Source: Deltaproteobacteria bacterium (GTDB taxonomy: Bacteria; Myxococcota_A; UBA9160; SMWR01). Taken from it: a stretch of 57,641 nt of DNA. This document shows, piece by piece, positions 18,512-28,302 of the stretch. Every line of letters starts with the position of its first letter. The stretch's first letter is position 1. The stretch covers positions 1 through 57,641 of the forward strand of contig JAQBGU010000239.1 in NCBI GenBank assembly GCA_032128375.1. Reading direction: 5' to 3'. A program made the position numbers and the translations under genes. Under the pieces are notes generated by a model that was not told where the DNA came from, searched no databases, and worked only from the letters and a program-made list of their open reading frames with translations.

Positions 18512-18805
18512 GATGGATCGTCTCTGTCAGATCCCGGTTCGGATCTCTCCCCAGATACCTCTTCAGCAGCTGCGGATTGTACTATCAGCTCCTGGGTCGC
18601 CTGATCGATCCGGCGAGCCGATTTCTCGCTAGCACCCGTGTGGGACGGCCTCGCCGGAAACTTTGGGCGCCACGCGACATGAACCCCGTCGCGGGAGTCC
18701 ATGTGCCCGTCCGGCAGGCGATGGGGTCAAAATGATTGGGTTGGTTCTCGGGGCTTCTCATCGCGGACGCGCCGTTGGGCGTTGAGATATGGTACCCACT
18801 GAGCT

Positions 18806-19345
18806 GTGAAGGTTGCCCAATCACGAAGGCGAGCGGTGCTGAGCGGTCTTGCACTAATGGTGCTGGTCGGGACCTCTTGCGGATACACGTTCATCGACTA
18901 CGAGAGCCCACCCGAAGGGCTGAGCAGCATCTCGATCCAGACCTTCTCCAATGAATCCTATGAGCCGGGAATCGAACTCGTAGTCGCGGACGCACTTCGA
19001 AGGGAATTCTTGCGCCGACGGGCATTGTCAGTACTCAATGATCCGACTGCGGCCGACCTGGTTCTGTCGGGCAGAATCGATCCGATCATTACACAGAGCC
19101 GAACTTTTTCGTCGGTCGCCCTGGCTCTAGAGTATGACATCACGCTCACCCTCGAAATTGTTGCAACGCTCCGCGACGGCACGCTGATTCCGGTCGAGAA
19201 ACGGGCGATGATAGAAACCGAACGCTACCTGGCGAGTGCGGACATCGAGGCCACCCGCAAGAATCGCGAAGAAGCGCTCCGAAAGCTCTCTGGCGTGCTT
19301 GCGGTACGCACCCACGACATGCTCTACGAAGTGTATCGACCGTGA
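18806..19345 (+). CDS. lptE: LPS assembly lipoprotein LptE family
   Basis: Signal peptide with lipobox-like VGTS-CGY; I.I..F.N.SYEPGIE; position upstream of holA. Confidence 0.8.
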   Translation: MKVAQSRRRAVLSGLALMVLVGTSCGYTFIDYESPPEGLSSISIQTFSNESYEPGIELVVADALRREFLRRRALSVLNDPTAADLVLSGRIDPIITQSRTFSSVALALEYDITLTLEIVATLRDGTLIPVEKRAMIETERYLASADIEATRKNREEALRKLSGVLAVRTHDMLYEVYRP

Positions 19346-20343
19346 CTCCTGAAGATCTCTACTCCGAGTTGAAGTCGGCACTCATTCGGCCCGCGTATCT
19401 CATTGTCGGCGAGGAGTCGCTGTACCGCGAGGAAGCTGTCGATGCGATCAAGCGCGCGGTGTTTCCAGATGGGCCGGTCGATTTCGACTATGAGCGGCTC
19501 GACGGGGCGACCGCGCATGGTCCCGCTCTGCAGAACGCGATCGGGACGCTTCCTGTGCTTGCTTCCAGAAGGCTGATCGTCCTGCATGACCCCGAGCCGC
19601 TGCGCGGAAAATCGAAGGATCTCGGTGACGCGATCGCCGAATCACTCGAAGTGGTGGCAGCAGGGAGTGACGCAGTGTTCGTCATCGTGGCACCGAAGGT
19701 GGACGGCCGTGCACGCTGGGTGAGGCAGCTGGGTGCAAATGCCAGCGTGCGCTGCGACCCACCGAAAGGAGCGCGCGCAATCACGGCGTTCGTCAACGCC
19801 GAAGCCAAGCGCCAGCACATTTCCCTGGGCAAGGGAGCCGCTGCGTTGCTTGCCGAGCGAACCGGACCGCATCTGATGATGCTCAGGCACGAGATCGCGA
19901 AAGCGGCGCTGTTCGCGGGGCCCGGCGAGGAGGTGACGTCCCGACACGTCGCCGAGGCGACGACCGATGTCGCGGAAGAACCGATCTGGGACTTGACCGA
20001 TGCGATCGGTGAGGGCCGTATCGCGGACGCGATGGCACTGCTCGCGAAGCTGCTGGGTGCCGGCGGAGCGCCGCCGGCCATCCTGGGCGCGCTCGCGAAC
20101 CATTTTCGAAAGCTGCTTGCGACCCGAACCGGAGGCAAGGTCGCGGGGGCACCCTTCGCTGTGCGCAAGCTCGAGAATCAGAGCGCCCGATTTTCGCCAG
20201 GGCGCTTGGTCAGCTGCATGCGCGCCATTCATCAGACCGATCTGGCACTGAAGGGTGCGGGAGGAATTCCGGCCGAGATCTCGCTGGAGCGACTGGTGAT
20301 CGGTCTTGTCGGATCAACTGAGCGTCAGCACGGCAACGCGTAG
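19342..20343 (+). CDS. holA: DNA polymerase III delta subunit
   Basis: PAYLIVGEE, TLPVLASRRLIV, EIAK, IWDLTDAI, DLALKG; lptE-holA-rpsT synteny. Confidence 0.9.
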   Translation: MTPEDLYSELKSALIRPAYLIVGEESLYREEAVDAIKRAVFPDGPVDFDYERLDGATAHGPALQNAIGTLPVLASRRLIVLHDPEPLRGKSKDLGDAIAESLEVVAAGSDAVFVIVAPKVDGRARWVRQLGANASVRCDPPKGARAITAFVNAEAKRQHISLGKGAAALLAERTGPHLMMLRHEIAKAALFAGPGEEVTSRHVAEATTDVAEEPIWDLTDAIGEGRIADAMALLAKLLGAGGAPPAILGALANHFRKLLATRTGGKVAGAPFAVRKLENQSARFSPGRLVSCMRAIHQTDLALKGAGGIPAEISLERLVIGLVGSTERQHGNA

Positions 20344-20460
20344 CGAAATACCCGTAGCGGCGTTCTAACGGGGCGAGTTCCAGAACGGCGAAATCTAGCA
20401 TGAGGTCCGGGCCGGGTGAAACCCTGCGGCCGGCATCGAGGCGTTCCGGCCCTATCGAGT

Positions 20461-20724
20461 TCAGCCTAAGGCGTTGCAGCGCTTGGCGAGGCGCGAGGCG
20501 ATCCGGCTCGCGCGCTTCTTCGGGATCACGCCCTTGCTAGCCACACGTCGAAGCACGCCCTCTGCAGAGCGAACCGCGGTTGTGGCCGCGGCTGCATCAC
20601 CGGAAGCCAGGGCGGTGTTGGCCATCTTGATGACTGATTTTACGCGGGTGCGCGAAGTCTTGTTTCTGGCTGCTCGCTTCACGTCCTGGCGAGCGCGTTT
20701 CTTGGCTGACTTGTGGTTGGCCAA
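20461..20724 (-). CDS. rpsT: 30S ribosomal protein S20
   Basis: (M)ANHKSAKKRARQ...RNK...KGVIPKKRASR..SRL; TTG start at 20724 with GGAGA upstream; 87 aa. Confidence 0.96.
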   Translation of the reverse strand: MANHKSAKKRARQDVKRAARNKTSRTRVKSVIKMANTALASGDAAAATTAVRSAEGVLRRVASKGVIPKKRASRIASRLAKRCNALG

Positions 20725-20884
20725 CTCTCGGGTTCTCCATTGCGGGGGCCGCAGGATAGTGGCTGACGGCATCCGTGTCGACCGGCACCTGAGCGTCGCT
20801 GAACGAGCCCCTCCGGGCCACTTCAGAATCATCGCCAATGCACCGATACGCCAGTGGAACCGGTGGGTTCCCGAGGGGATTGCA

Positions 20885-22768
20885 TTGAGGGGTCGCTGGC
20901 TAAGATGGGCGGGACGGTTCTGCTGCGCGATCGTGTGGTCGGCCGCGGCGAGCGCACAGCCTCAGCCAGCCGAACGCGCGCAGGATGGCGTCGTTTGGGA
21001 TGAATCTGGCTCGCTGGCCCGTCAGCGGTCTGAGCTTCCGGGCATGAACGAGGTGCGCGCTGTCTGGAACGCACCGGCAGATTCGCTCGAAAAGAGGGCC
21101 ACGAAGACCCGCCGGTCGGCGCTGGAGCTGGGGATCTGGAATCTGGATGCCGCTGCGCGCTCTTTGGTCGCATCGGGAAATTCAGAACCCAGCGTCGCAC
21201 AGGCTCGCGCCGCGATTGCGCTGGCGCCCGACCTCCCGATGGCTCGGATGGCGTTAGCCAGCGCGTTGTTGTTGCAAGAGAAATCGCCTGTCGCCGCTCT
21301 TCGGGCGACCTGGGCCGCGCTGGCTGCGATTCCCAGACATCTCGAGGCCTCGGTGTGGTTTGCCGGGATCGGTTCCTACGTGCTCTCGCTCGCGCTGATT
21401 TGGGGGGGCCTGCTTTGCCTGGCTGTCTCGGCTGGTGCCGTTGCGCGCCATGCAGCGCACGACCTCGGCGACGCGGTATCGGGTGGGATGCCCGCGTTTG
21501 CCAGCGTCGCGTTACTCGCGGCAATTGTCATGCTTCCACTGGCGTTGGGCCAAGGGCTCGTGGGCGCTGGTCTGGGCCTGCTCGGCCTCGCGGCCCTCTA
21601 CGGTTCGAGGCGCCAATTCTGGGTTCTGATGCTCGCATCCGGCGCCGTTGTGCTCGGGTTGTATCCGGTGGCCCAGGTCGCTGGGGCGGCGTTGACCGCG
21701 TATTCGCAAGACTCGGTTGTCGAGGCTTCGTATTCCGCGACCGACGGGTTCGCCACGCCGGTCGATCGCCTCCGACTGGAGCAGGGCGCTGACAGTGACC
21801 CACTTGCAGCGCTCGCTCTGGCGGTTACGGAGCGCCGTTCGGGAAACCTCGCGGCCGCCGACGTCCACTACCAGGGGATTCTGGACAACGATTCGAGAAA
21901 TCAAGCCGTCTTGAACAACGCTGCCAATGTCCGATTGAACTTGGGCGACGTGGATCTCGCTTTGGATTTGTATCAGTTGGCCGCGAAGGTTGGCGATTCA
22001 CCCCGCGTACTATTCAACCTGTCGCAGGCCTACGGTGCCTCTTTCGCAGTCGATGATCTGGTCCGAACGCTCGCCAGTGCGCAACGACTCGATGGCGATG
22101 TGGTTGCAGAGCTGACTCGCCTGCAAGGGAGCGATCAGAAGGGTTTTACCATCGATCTGCCAGTCGATCGGCGGATGCTGTGGGAGCGCGCCTACCATGG
22201 GTCGGCTGCGAGCGAGCTGGCTGCCGAGTTTCGTTCGGGTTTTGCGCCGGGACTGCTGGGAAGTCGCTGGTGGATTGCGCTGGCCGCATACGTCCTGGCC
22301 GCGATCGTGGCGTCGATCGCGGCCACACGCCTGCGCGCATCTCACCTGTGCCGTCGGTGCGGACGCCGGCTGTGTCCTCGTTGTGATCCGGAATTTGCGG
22401 GTGGCGAGACCTGTGAAGGGTGCACCCGTCTTTTTCATCAACCCGAGACGACCGACCGATCGCTGCGACTGGCGCGAATCAACGTGTTGCGTCATCGCGA
22501 CGCTCGTTTGAGCTTTGCCGTCCTGCTGGTATCGATCCTCGTACCCGGATCCGCCGGAATCTTTGTCCAGCGCCATGGATGGAGCCTGATCGGTTCGGTT
22601 TCGGCTGCTTTCGCAATCGCCGCGATCCTGTTTCGCAATGGTGTTGCGGTCGATCCAATGGTGGCGGGATCGGCTGCCCCGGTCGTTTTCGGCGGAATCG
22701 CCGCATTGTGCTTGGCAACCTACGCGGTGTCAGTCTGGGCGTCAGTTGCATCGGGGAGGCGCTCGTAG
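20885..22768 (+). CDS. Multi-pass membrane protein with TPR repeats and a Cys6 zinc-finger-like cluster
   Basis: Signal-like N-terminus after GAGGGG + TTG; several TM segments; TPR-like AVLNNAANVRLNLGDVDLALDLYQLA; C-x2-C-x4-C-x2-C-x9-C-x2-C; three more TM segments. The ORF-track 5' extension only shadows rpsT. Confidence 0.75.
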   Translation: MRGRWLRWAGRFCCAIVWSAAASAQPQPAERAQDGVVWDESGSLARQRSELPGMNEVRAVWNAPADSLEKRATKTRRSALELGIWNLDAAARSLVASGNSEPSVAQARAAIALAPDLPMARMALASALLLQEKSPVAALRATWAALAAIPRHLEASVWFAGIGSYVLSLALIWGGLLCLAVSAGAVARHAAHDLGDAVSGGMPAFASVALLAAIVMLPLALGQGLVGAGLGLLGLAALYGSRRQFWVLMLASGAVVLGLYPVAQVAGAALTAYSQDSVVEASYSATDGFATPVDRLRLEQGADSDPLAALALAVTERRSGNLAAADVHYQGILDNDSRNQAVLNNAANVRLNLGDVDLALDLYQLAAKVGDSPRVLFNLSQAYGASFAVDDLVRTLASAQRLDGDVVAELTRLQGSDQKGFTIDLPVDRRMLWERAYHGSAASELAAEFRSGFAPGLLGSRWWIALAAYVLAAIVASIAATRLRASHLCRRCGRRLCPRCDPEFAGGETCEGCTRLFHQPETTDRSLRLARINVLRHRDARLSFAVLLVSILVPGSAGIFVQRHGWSLIGSVSAAFAIAAILFRNGVAVDPMVAGSAAPVVFGGIAALCLATYAVSVWASVASGRRS

Positions 22769-22770
22769 CC

Positions 22771-23886
22771 GTGTCTGTGTCGCTCCGCGGAAATCTCAAG
22801 GATTTTGGTATTGCCGATGTCTTCCAGTTGATCGGCCAGCAGCGCAAGACCGGCATTCTGGAATTTCAGGGGCAAGGTGAGCGGATCCAGTGCTTTTTCG
22901 ATCGCGGTGCGGTCGTGTCGGCTGCGCACGTTGGGCTCTGGTCGCATGCCGCGCTGGCTGAGATGCTGCTGAGATGTGGGCTGCTGACGCGCGAGCGCGT
23001 CGACGATCTCCGACGCGAATGTGAAGCATCTGCGCAAATGTTGCCGAGTGTTGTGATCGGCCGAGGCTGGCTCGAAGCTGAGGAGCTTCGGAAAATCGAA
23101 GACTTGTTGACAGGCGAGACGATCTTCTCTGTGCTCCGCTGGCAGGCAGGTTCGTTCGATTTTTCGGCGCATGTCGTGGAACACGACCGCGACTTTGATT
23201 CGTTGCTGGGTGCAGAGCAGATCCTGATGGACGGCCTGCGCATGGTCGATGAGTGGCACAGTTTTGCGGAACTCGTGCCGTCGGAAGACACCGTGTTTCG
23301 GCGCACGGGTTCGTTCCGCCAGTACATCGAGCGGGCGGGAAGTGACGGCGAGCGCCAGCGCTCGATGGCCGAACGGGTTCATTCGCTGGTGGATGGTCGC
23401 TTGAGCGCGCGCCGAATCATCGACTTGTCACTGCTGGGAACCTTCGATGCGGTGCGATCACTGGCAAGCCTGCATCGTGTCCAGGTGATAGAAGAGGTCG
23501 ACCCAGCCGGACTCGAGAAGCTCGAGAAGCTCGAGCAGGCCGAACAAGAGCTGACCTCTCGATCGCCGAAGGGGGGCAGTGTCGGCGCGGTGTTCATCCC
23601 GCTCGCCCTGCTGTTGCTCGTGATCCTGCTCGGCCGGAGCGGCTCGTATTCGGAACCAACCGGGCCGTTTCGAATCGATCGTCCCACGCAGATCGAGATC
23701 GTCCGTCTCGCATTTGAAACCCGGCGGATTCGGCACGCGCTCGAGACCTATTATTTTTCAGAAGGTCACTGGCCCGCCGATCTCGACGCGCTGAGGTCGA
23801 GCGGCACATTGACGTCGGCAATTGGTGGTCCCTACTATTACGCCAGCCGCGATGACGGAGCCTGGCTGCTTGGACCCGACCGTTGA
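22771..23886 (+). CDS. DUF4388 protein with a C-terminal TM helix and small pseudopilin-like extracytoplasmic domain
   Basis: SLRGNLKDFGIADVFQLIGQQRKTGIL...VLRWQAGSFDF...ILMDGLRMVDEW; TM AVFIPLALLLLVILL; tail IRHALETYYFSEGHWPADLDAL. Confidence 0.78.
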   Translation: MSVSLRGNLKDFGIADVFQLIGQQRKTGILEFQGQGERIQCFFDRGAVVSAAHVGLWSHAALAEMLLRCGLLTRERVDDLRRECEASAQMLPSVVIGRGWLEAEELRKIEDLLTGETIFSVLRWQAGSFDFSAHVVEHDRDFDSLLGAEQILMDGLRMVDEWHSFAELVPSEDTVFRRTGSFRQYIERAGSDGERQRSMAERVHSLVDGRLSARRIIDLSLLGTFDAVRSLASLHRVQVIEEVDPAGLEKLEKLEQAEQELTSRSPKGGSVGAVFIPLALLLLVILLGRSGSYSEPTGPFRIDRPTQIEIVRLAFETRRIRHALETYYFSEGHWPADLDALRSSGTLTSAIGGPYYYASRDDGAWLLGPDR

Positions 23887-23907
23887 GGGAATCCACTGAA
23901 TCCGAAT

Positions 23908-25053
23908 GTGACCGCTAAGTCGAACGACGGCAAAAAGTCGAACGGCGACAGAAAACCAAAAGGCGATGGGAAATCGAAAGACGCTGGACAGTCTGACGAA
24001 ACCAAAATCCGTCAAACCCTCGTCTTCGATGACAATCGAACCGCAGCGATCCTGTACGGCGAGGGAGACCGAACCCTCCGCGTCATCGAGCAGGAACTCG
24101 GGGTAGACGCCCGCGCACGAGGAAACGAGGTCAGGCTACTCGGCAGTGAGCCCTCGGTCGCGATCGCGCGCAAGGTGCTACAGGAACTGTACGGTGTAGC
24201 ACGTGGTGGAGCCGAAGTCCGTGCGCGAGACGTTCGGCAGGCGCTTCGCATGCTCGCAGAGGAACCCGCGGCCAAGCTCGCGGACCCAGAGGCGGAGGTT
24301 CTCGCCACAGTCGGGGGTCGGCGTCGGATCGCCGCCAAGAATCTGAATCAGCGCCGATACATCGAACTAATGCGCACCCTTGATGTGGTATTCGCAGTGG
24401 GCCCGGCCGGTACGGGCAAGACGTACCTCGCGATGGCGATGGCGATCGCGGCGCTCAATCGACACGAGGTTTCGCGAGTGGTCCTGACACGACCTGCCGT
24501 CGAGGCGGGCGAGAAGCTGGGCTTTCTGCCCGGTTCGATGGCCGAGAAGGTCAACCCGTATCTGCGGCCACTGTACGACGCACTCAACGACATGATGCCG
24601 TTCGAGAAGGCAAACCGACTGATGGAGCGTGGTGTGATCGAAGTCGCACCGCTGGCCTTCATGCGCGGCCGCACATTGAATGATTCGTTTGTGATCCTCG
24701 ACGAGGCCCAGAACACTACGAGCGAGCAGATGAAGATGTTGCTCACGCGGCTGGGCTTCGACTCCAAAGCCGTAATCACCGGCGACGTAACACAGATCGA
24801 TCTTCCCAATGAGAAGCGCAGCGGGCTGGTCCAGGCCACACAGATCCTCAGCGATATCGAGGGCATCGGGTTTCTCCACTTCACCGATGAGGACGTCGTT
24901 CGCCATCCGTTGATCGCGTCGATCATTCGAGCCTATGATGGACCGCGAGGGGGTGAGCGTCACTCGACCACTCGGAAGGTGGACGAGCCTGTCGCACCGC
25001 TTCCCCCTATCGCCTCGCCGTCCACTGCCTCCCCCTCCCCTGACGAGGAATGA
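23908..25053 (+). CDS. phoH: PhoH-family ATPase (YbeZ)
   Basis: GPAGTGKTYLA, LTRPAVEAGEKLGFLPG, PLAFMRGRTL, ILDEAQN, GDVTQIDL, DVVRHPL. Confidence 0.95.
   Translation: MTAKSNDGKKSNGDRKPKGDGKSKDAGQSDETKIRQTLVFDDNRTAAILYGEGDRTLRVIEQELGVDARARGNEVRLLGSEPSVAIARKVLQELYGVARGGAEVRARDVRQALRMLAEEPAAKLADPEAEVLATVGGRRRIAAKNLNQRRYIELMRTLDVVFAVGPAGTGKTYLAMAMAIAALNRHEVSRVVLTRPAVEAGEKLGFLPGSMAEKVNPYLRPLYDALNDMMPFEKANRLMERGVIEVAPLAFMRGRTLNDSFVILDEAQNTTSEQMKMLLTRLGFDSKAVITGDVTQIDLPNEKRSGLVQATQILSDIEGIGFLHFTDEDVVRHPLIASIIRAYDGPRGGERHSTTRKVDEPVAPLPPIASPSTASPSPDEE
23917..23988 (+). repeat. In-frame 18-bp degenerate tandem repeat (4 copies) at the phoH 5' end
   Basis: AAGTCGAACGACGGCAAA / AAGTCGAACGGCGACAGA / AAACCAAAAGGCGATGGG / AAATCGAAAGACGCTGGA = KSNDGK KSNGDR KPKGDG KSKDAG. 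Confidence 0.7.
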
Positions 25054-25484
25054 CGGTTCGCATCACCCGCCCGGAACATGTGTCCGGGCTGCCGGATGCG
25101 AAACGCCTGCGATCCAGGGCGATTGGGCTGCTTCGCGCGATCGGTCGAGCTCGTGCAGAACTCTCGATAGCGCTCGTCGACGACGCCGAGATCGCAGCGC
25201 TCAACGGTGCCCATAGAGGGAAGCATCGAAGGACCGACGTGTTGTCCTTTTCGCTACTGGAAGGGGAGCACAGCGAGCATCGTGGCGCGATGTTGGGCGA
25301 CGTGGTGATCGGGTTCGAAACGGCCGCTCGCCAGGCTCGTACCGCACACCGCAGCTTCGACGATGAAGTCTTCCGCTTGCTGATCCACGGCACGTTGCAC
25401 TTACTCGGTTGGGACCACGAAAACGATGCCGACGAACGCGCGATGCGGGCAGAGGAGCGCCGGCTATGGCGCGTGGTCCTCTAG
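25050..25484 (+). CDS. ybeY: rRNA maturation endoribonuclease YbeY
   Basis: TDVLSF, LGDVVI, HGTLHLLGWDH zinc-binding motif. Confidence 0.95.
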   Translation: MTVRITRPEHVSGLPDAKRLRSRAIGLLRAIGRARAELSIALVDDAEIAALNGAHRGKHRRTDVLSFSLLEGEHSEHRGAMLGDVVIGFETAARQARTAHRSFDDEVFRLLIHGTLHLLGWDHENDADERAMRAEERRLWRVVL

Positions 25485-27088
25485 TGACCGACCGGACCCG
25501 CTACGCGCTGCTTCTGTCCTATGTGGTCGTGACGTTCCTCTCGTTTCCTCAACCGGCTTTTGGAACCGTGATTGATCTCGGCGCTTGGCTGGGATGGTTC
25601 AGCCCCGCACTGTTGATTCTCGCACTGTGGGGCAGCGAGCCCCGAAGAGCCGCAAAGCTCGGCTTTCTAGCCGGAACGGCTGCACAGACGGCCGTTTTGC
25701 ACTGGCTCTACATCGTGTCAGTCGACTACGGCCACGCACCCGCCGCGATGGGGCTGCTGGGCCCGCTCGGGATGGGGGCCCACACAGGAGTCTTCTTCGC
25801 TCTGTTCTCGCTGAGCTTCGCGTGGTTCGAGCGCAACGGGCGCGCGTCGCCATGGCTGGTGGCAGGCTTGTGGACGACCGTCGAGCTGTTGCGCGCCGCC
25901 GGACAGATAGGCTTTCCGTGGTCGACTATCGGCTACACCCAACACCACAACAGCGCGCTGCTCGGAATCGCATCCTACACAGGTGTGTATGGGCTCTCGT
26001 TCACGACGGCGTTGGGTGGAGCCGCGATCGCTCGAGCCGTCGTGGATGGGTACAGCACGCGGCGGATATCCGGTGCCGTTTGGATCGCCGCTGCGTGCGT
26101 GGCCGCTCTACACGCTGCAGGAGCCGCGTCGTTCGCGCTGGGTCCGGCTGCTGACGCCGGTAGCCGTAGTGTCCGAGTTGCGGTCTTGCAGGGCAATATC
26201 GACCAGGGCGTCAAATGGAATCGGAACTGGGTCGAGCGCACCGTCGTCATCTACGAGGAGCTGTCACGAGAGGCGGCCGCATTGGGGGCGGAGGTCATCG
26301 TGTTCCCAGAATCTGCGGTTCCGGGCGCGCTCAACTCGGACACTGCGCTGAGGTACCGGCTGTCGCGTCTCGCTGTGCAGACCGGTGCCAGCTACGTGGT
26401 CGGCAGCATTGCGAGAGAATCCCAGCCCGGCGAACGAACGAGTCGCTTTTTCGATAGCGCATTCGTGCTGCAATCCGATGGGAAATTCGCGGATCGCTAC
26501 GACAAGAGTCACCTGGTTCCGTTTGGCGAATACGTCCCGTTAGGGGAATGGATCGGCTGGATTTTCCAGGCAGTCGCTCAGGGGATGGCGGTCGAGGGGG
26601 TGACTCGGGGGCCAGGACCGAGGGCGGTGTCGCTCGTGGTCGAGTCGCTCGATTCCAGCCCGCTGACCGCGGGCGTCCCAATTTGCTATGAATTGATTTT
26701 CCCGGATCGGACCCGGCGTTTCGTCCGTGATGGCGCTCAGCTACTGCTCGCCATCACCAACGATGCCTGGTACGGGCGTACCGGGGCCCCCCACCAATTC
26801 TTGGCGATGACCGCGGTCCGCTCCGCAGAAAACGGAGTCTGGACCGCTCGGGCGGCGAATACAGGGGTGTCGGCTTTCATCGACTCACACGGACGCGTAC
26901 GAGAACAGACCGCCATCTTCGAGCGAGGCCTGCTCGTGGAGGATGTTCCGCTTCTCGACCCACAGGCTTCGCGAACCTTCTATGCACGCTACGGAGACGC
27001 CTTCGCCTACCTTTGCGGGGCGGCTGTCGCTGCGATAGCGGTGGCGGTTCGGCTGCGGAGTCGAGTCACGGTCGATCGGCCGGATTGA
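25484..27088 (+). CDS. lnt: Apolipoprotein N-acyltransferase
   Basis: GFPWSTIGYTQ, QGNIDQ..KW, FPESA, YDKSHLVPFGEYVP, ICYE, ITNDAWYG, RAANTGVS. GTG overlaps the ybeY stop. Confidence 0.95.
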   Translation: MTDRTRYALLLSYVVVTFLSFPQPAFGTVIDLGAWLGWFSPALLILALWGSEPRRAAKLGFLAGTAAQTAVLHWLYIVSVDYGHAPAAMGLLGPLGMGAHTGVFFALFSLSFAWFERNGRASPWLVAGLWTTVELLRAAGQIGFPWSTIGYTQHHNSALLGIASYTGVYGLSFTTALGGAAIARAVVDGYSTRRISGAVWIAAACVAALHAAGAASFALGPAADAGSRSVRVAVLQGNIDQGVKWNRNWVERTVVIYEELSREAAALGAEVIVFPESAVPGALNSDTALRYRLSRLAVQTGASYVVGSIARESQPGERTSRFFDSAFVLQSDGKFADRYDKSHLVPFGEYVPLGEWIGWIFQAVAQGMAVEGVTRGPGPRAVSLVVESLDSSPLTAGVPICYELIFPDRTRRFVRDGAQLLLAITNDAWYGRTGAPHQFLAMTAVRSAENGVWTARAANTGVSAFIDSHGRVREQTAIFERGLLVEDVPLLDPQASRTFYARYGDAFAYLCGAAVAAIAVAVRLRSRVTVDRPD

Positions 27089-27161
27089 TGGCGATCGGAA
27101 CAACGTTTTTGAGAATGAGTGGTGGACCGTTTCGCACAACGGGTCCGGGGGGCCGCTGACG

Positions 27162-28302
27162 ATGAGTGATGGGGATGTACTGCTAGAAACCGGTCCACTA
27201 TCGGATCGATTGCTTCGTCTCCGTACCCAGTTTGATGAGCTTCGGGGGCGTCTTTGACGCGGATTCAATCCGGGCGCGTCTCGAGGCACTCGAGACTGAA
27301 GCCGCCAGGCCCGACTTGTGGGTAGACCCGGAGGCGGCCGGTCGCATCATGCGCGACAAGAGCGAGGTCGAGCGCGATGTCGTGTTCTTCGACAGTCTGC
27401 AGGCGAGTCTGGATGATGCCGAGGTGCTGCTCGAACTGGCCGCAGAAGCTGATGACGCAGCCACCCGCCGCGAGGTGTTCGAGAAGCTCGCAGAGGCTGC
27501 GATGGCTCTCGAGGAAGCAGAACTCCGGCGAATGCTGGGAGGAGAGCATGACATCGCCGGCGCGATCGTTTCGATCAATTCTGGAGCGGGGGGGACCGAT
27601 GCGTGCGATTGGGCGGAAATGTTGATGCGAATGTATCTGCGCTGGTCCGAACGCATGGGGCACCGCAGCGAGGTGCTCGATTTGCAGGCAGGCGACGAAG
27701 CAGGGCTGCGCGGGGTTACCTTTACTGTTTCTGGGGACTACGCGTACGGGAACCTGAAAGCCGAGGAGGGCGTCCACCGGCTGGTGAGAATTTCGCCGTT
27801 CGATGCACAGGCTCGGCGGCATACCGCATTCGCGAGCGTCTCGGTCGTACCCGAAATCGACGACGCGATCGAAGTCGATTTGGATTTGGCCGATATCCGG
27901 GTCGATACCTACCGCGCTAGTGGAGCGGGAGGGCAGCACGTCAACAAGACCGATTCCGCGGTGCGCATGACCCACATCCCAACCGGGGTTGTGGTGCAGT
28001 GTCAAAACGAGCGCTCGCAGCACAAAAACCGGTCAGCTGCGATGAAAATTCTTCGCGCCCGGTTGTTCGAGAGGGCCAGGCAGGAGCGCGAAGACGAGCT
28101 GGCCATCGCGCGCGGCGAGCAACGCCAGATCAACTTCGGGAGCCAGATCCGATCCTACACATTACATCCACAGCAACGCGTCAAGGATCACCGAACCGAT
28201 CTCGAGATCGGAAATGTCAATGCCGTGCTCGATGGCGACATTGACCGGTTTATTCGAGCCACGCTATTGCAGCGCTCCAAGTCGAACAGCGGAGTGAACT
28301 AG
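27162..28302 (+). CDS. prfB: Peptide chain release factor 2, expressed via programmed +1 frameshift
   Basis: ORF1 (ATG 27162) reads MSDGDVLLETGPLSDRLLRLRTQFDELRGRL, then CTT TGA C. The +1 frame continues DADSIRAR... and contains SPF and GGQ motifs. Confidence 0.96.
27243..27258 (+). promoter_or_regulatory. prfB +1 frameshift signal (internal SD-like GGGGG, 3-nt spacer, CTT TGA C)
   Basis: CGGGGGCGTCTTTGAC matches the canonical AGGGGGTATCTTTGAC layout. Confidence 0.93.

Noticed and set aside
20474..20884. 5' extension of the 764-aa ORF across rpsT
   Set aside because: It is the antisense reading of rpsT; a plausible RBS and TTG start occur at 20885.
27252..27258. In-frame stop in prfB as a pseudogene or sequencing error
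   Set aside because: It matches the canonical RF2 programmed frameshift signal.
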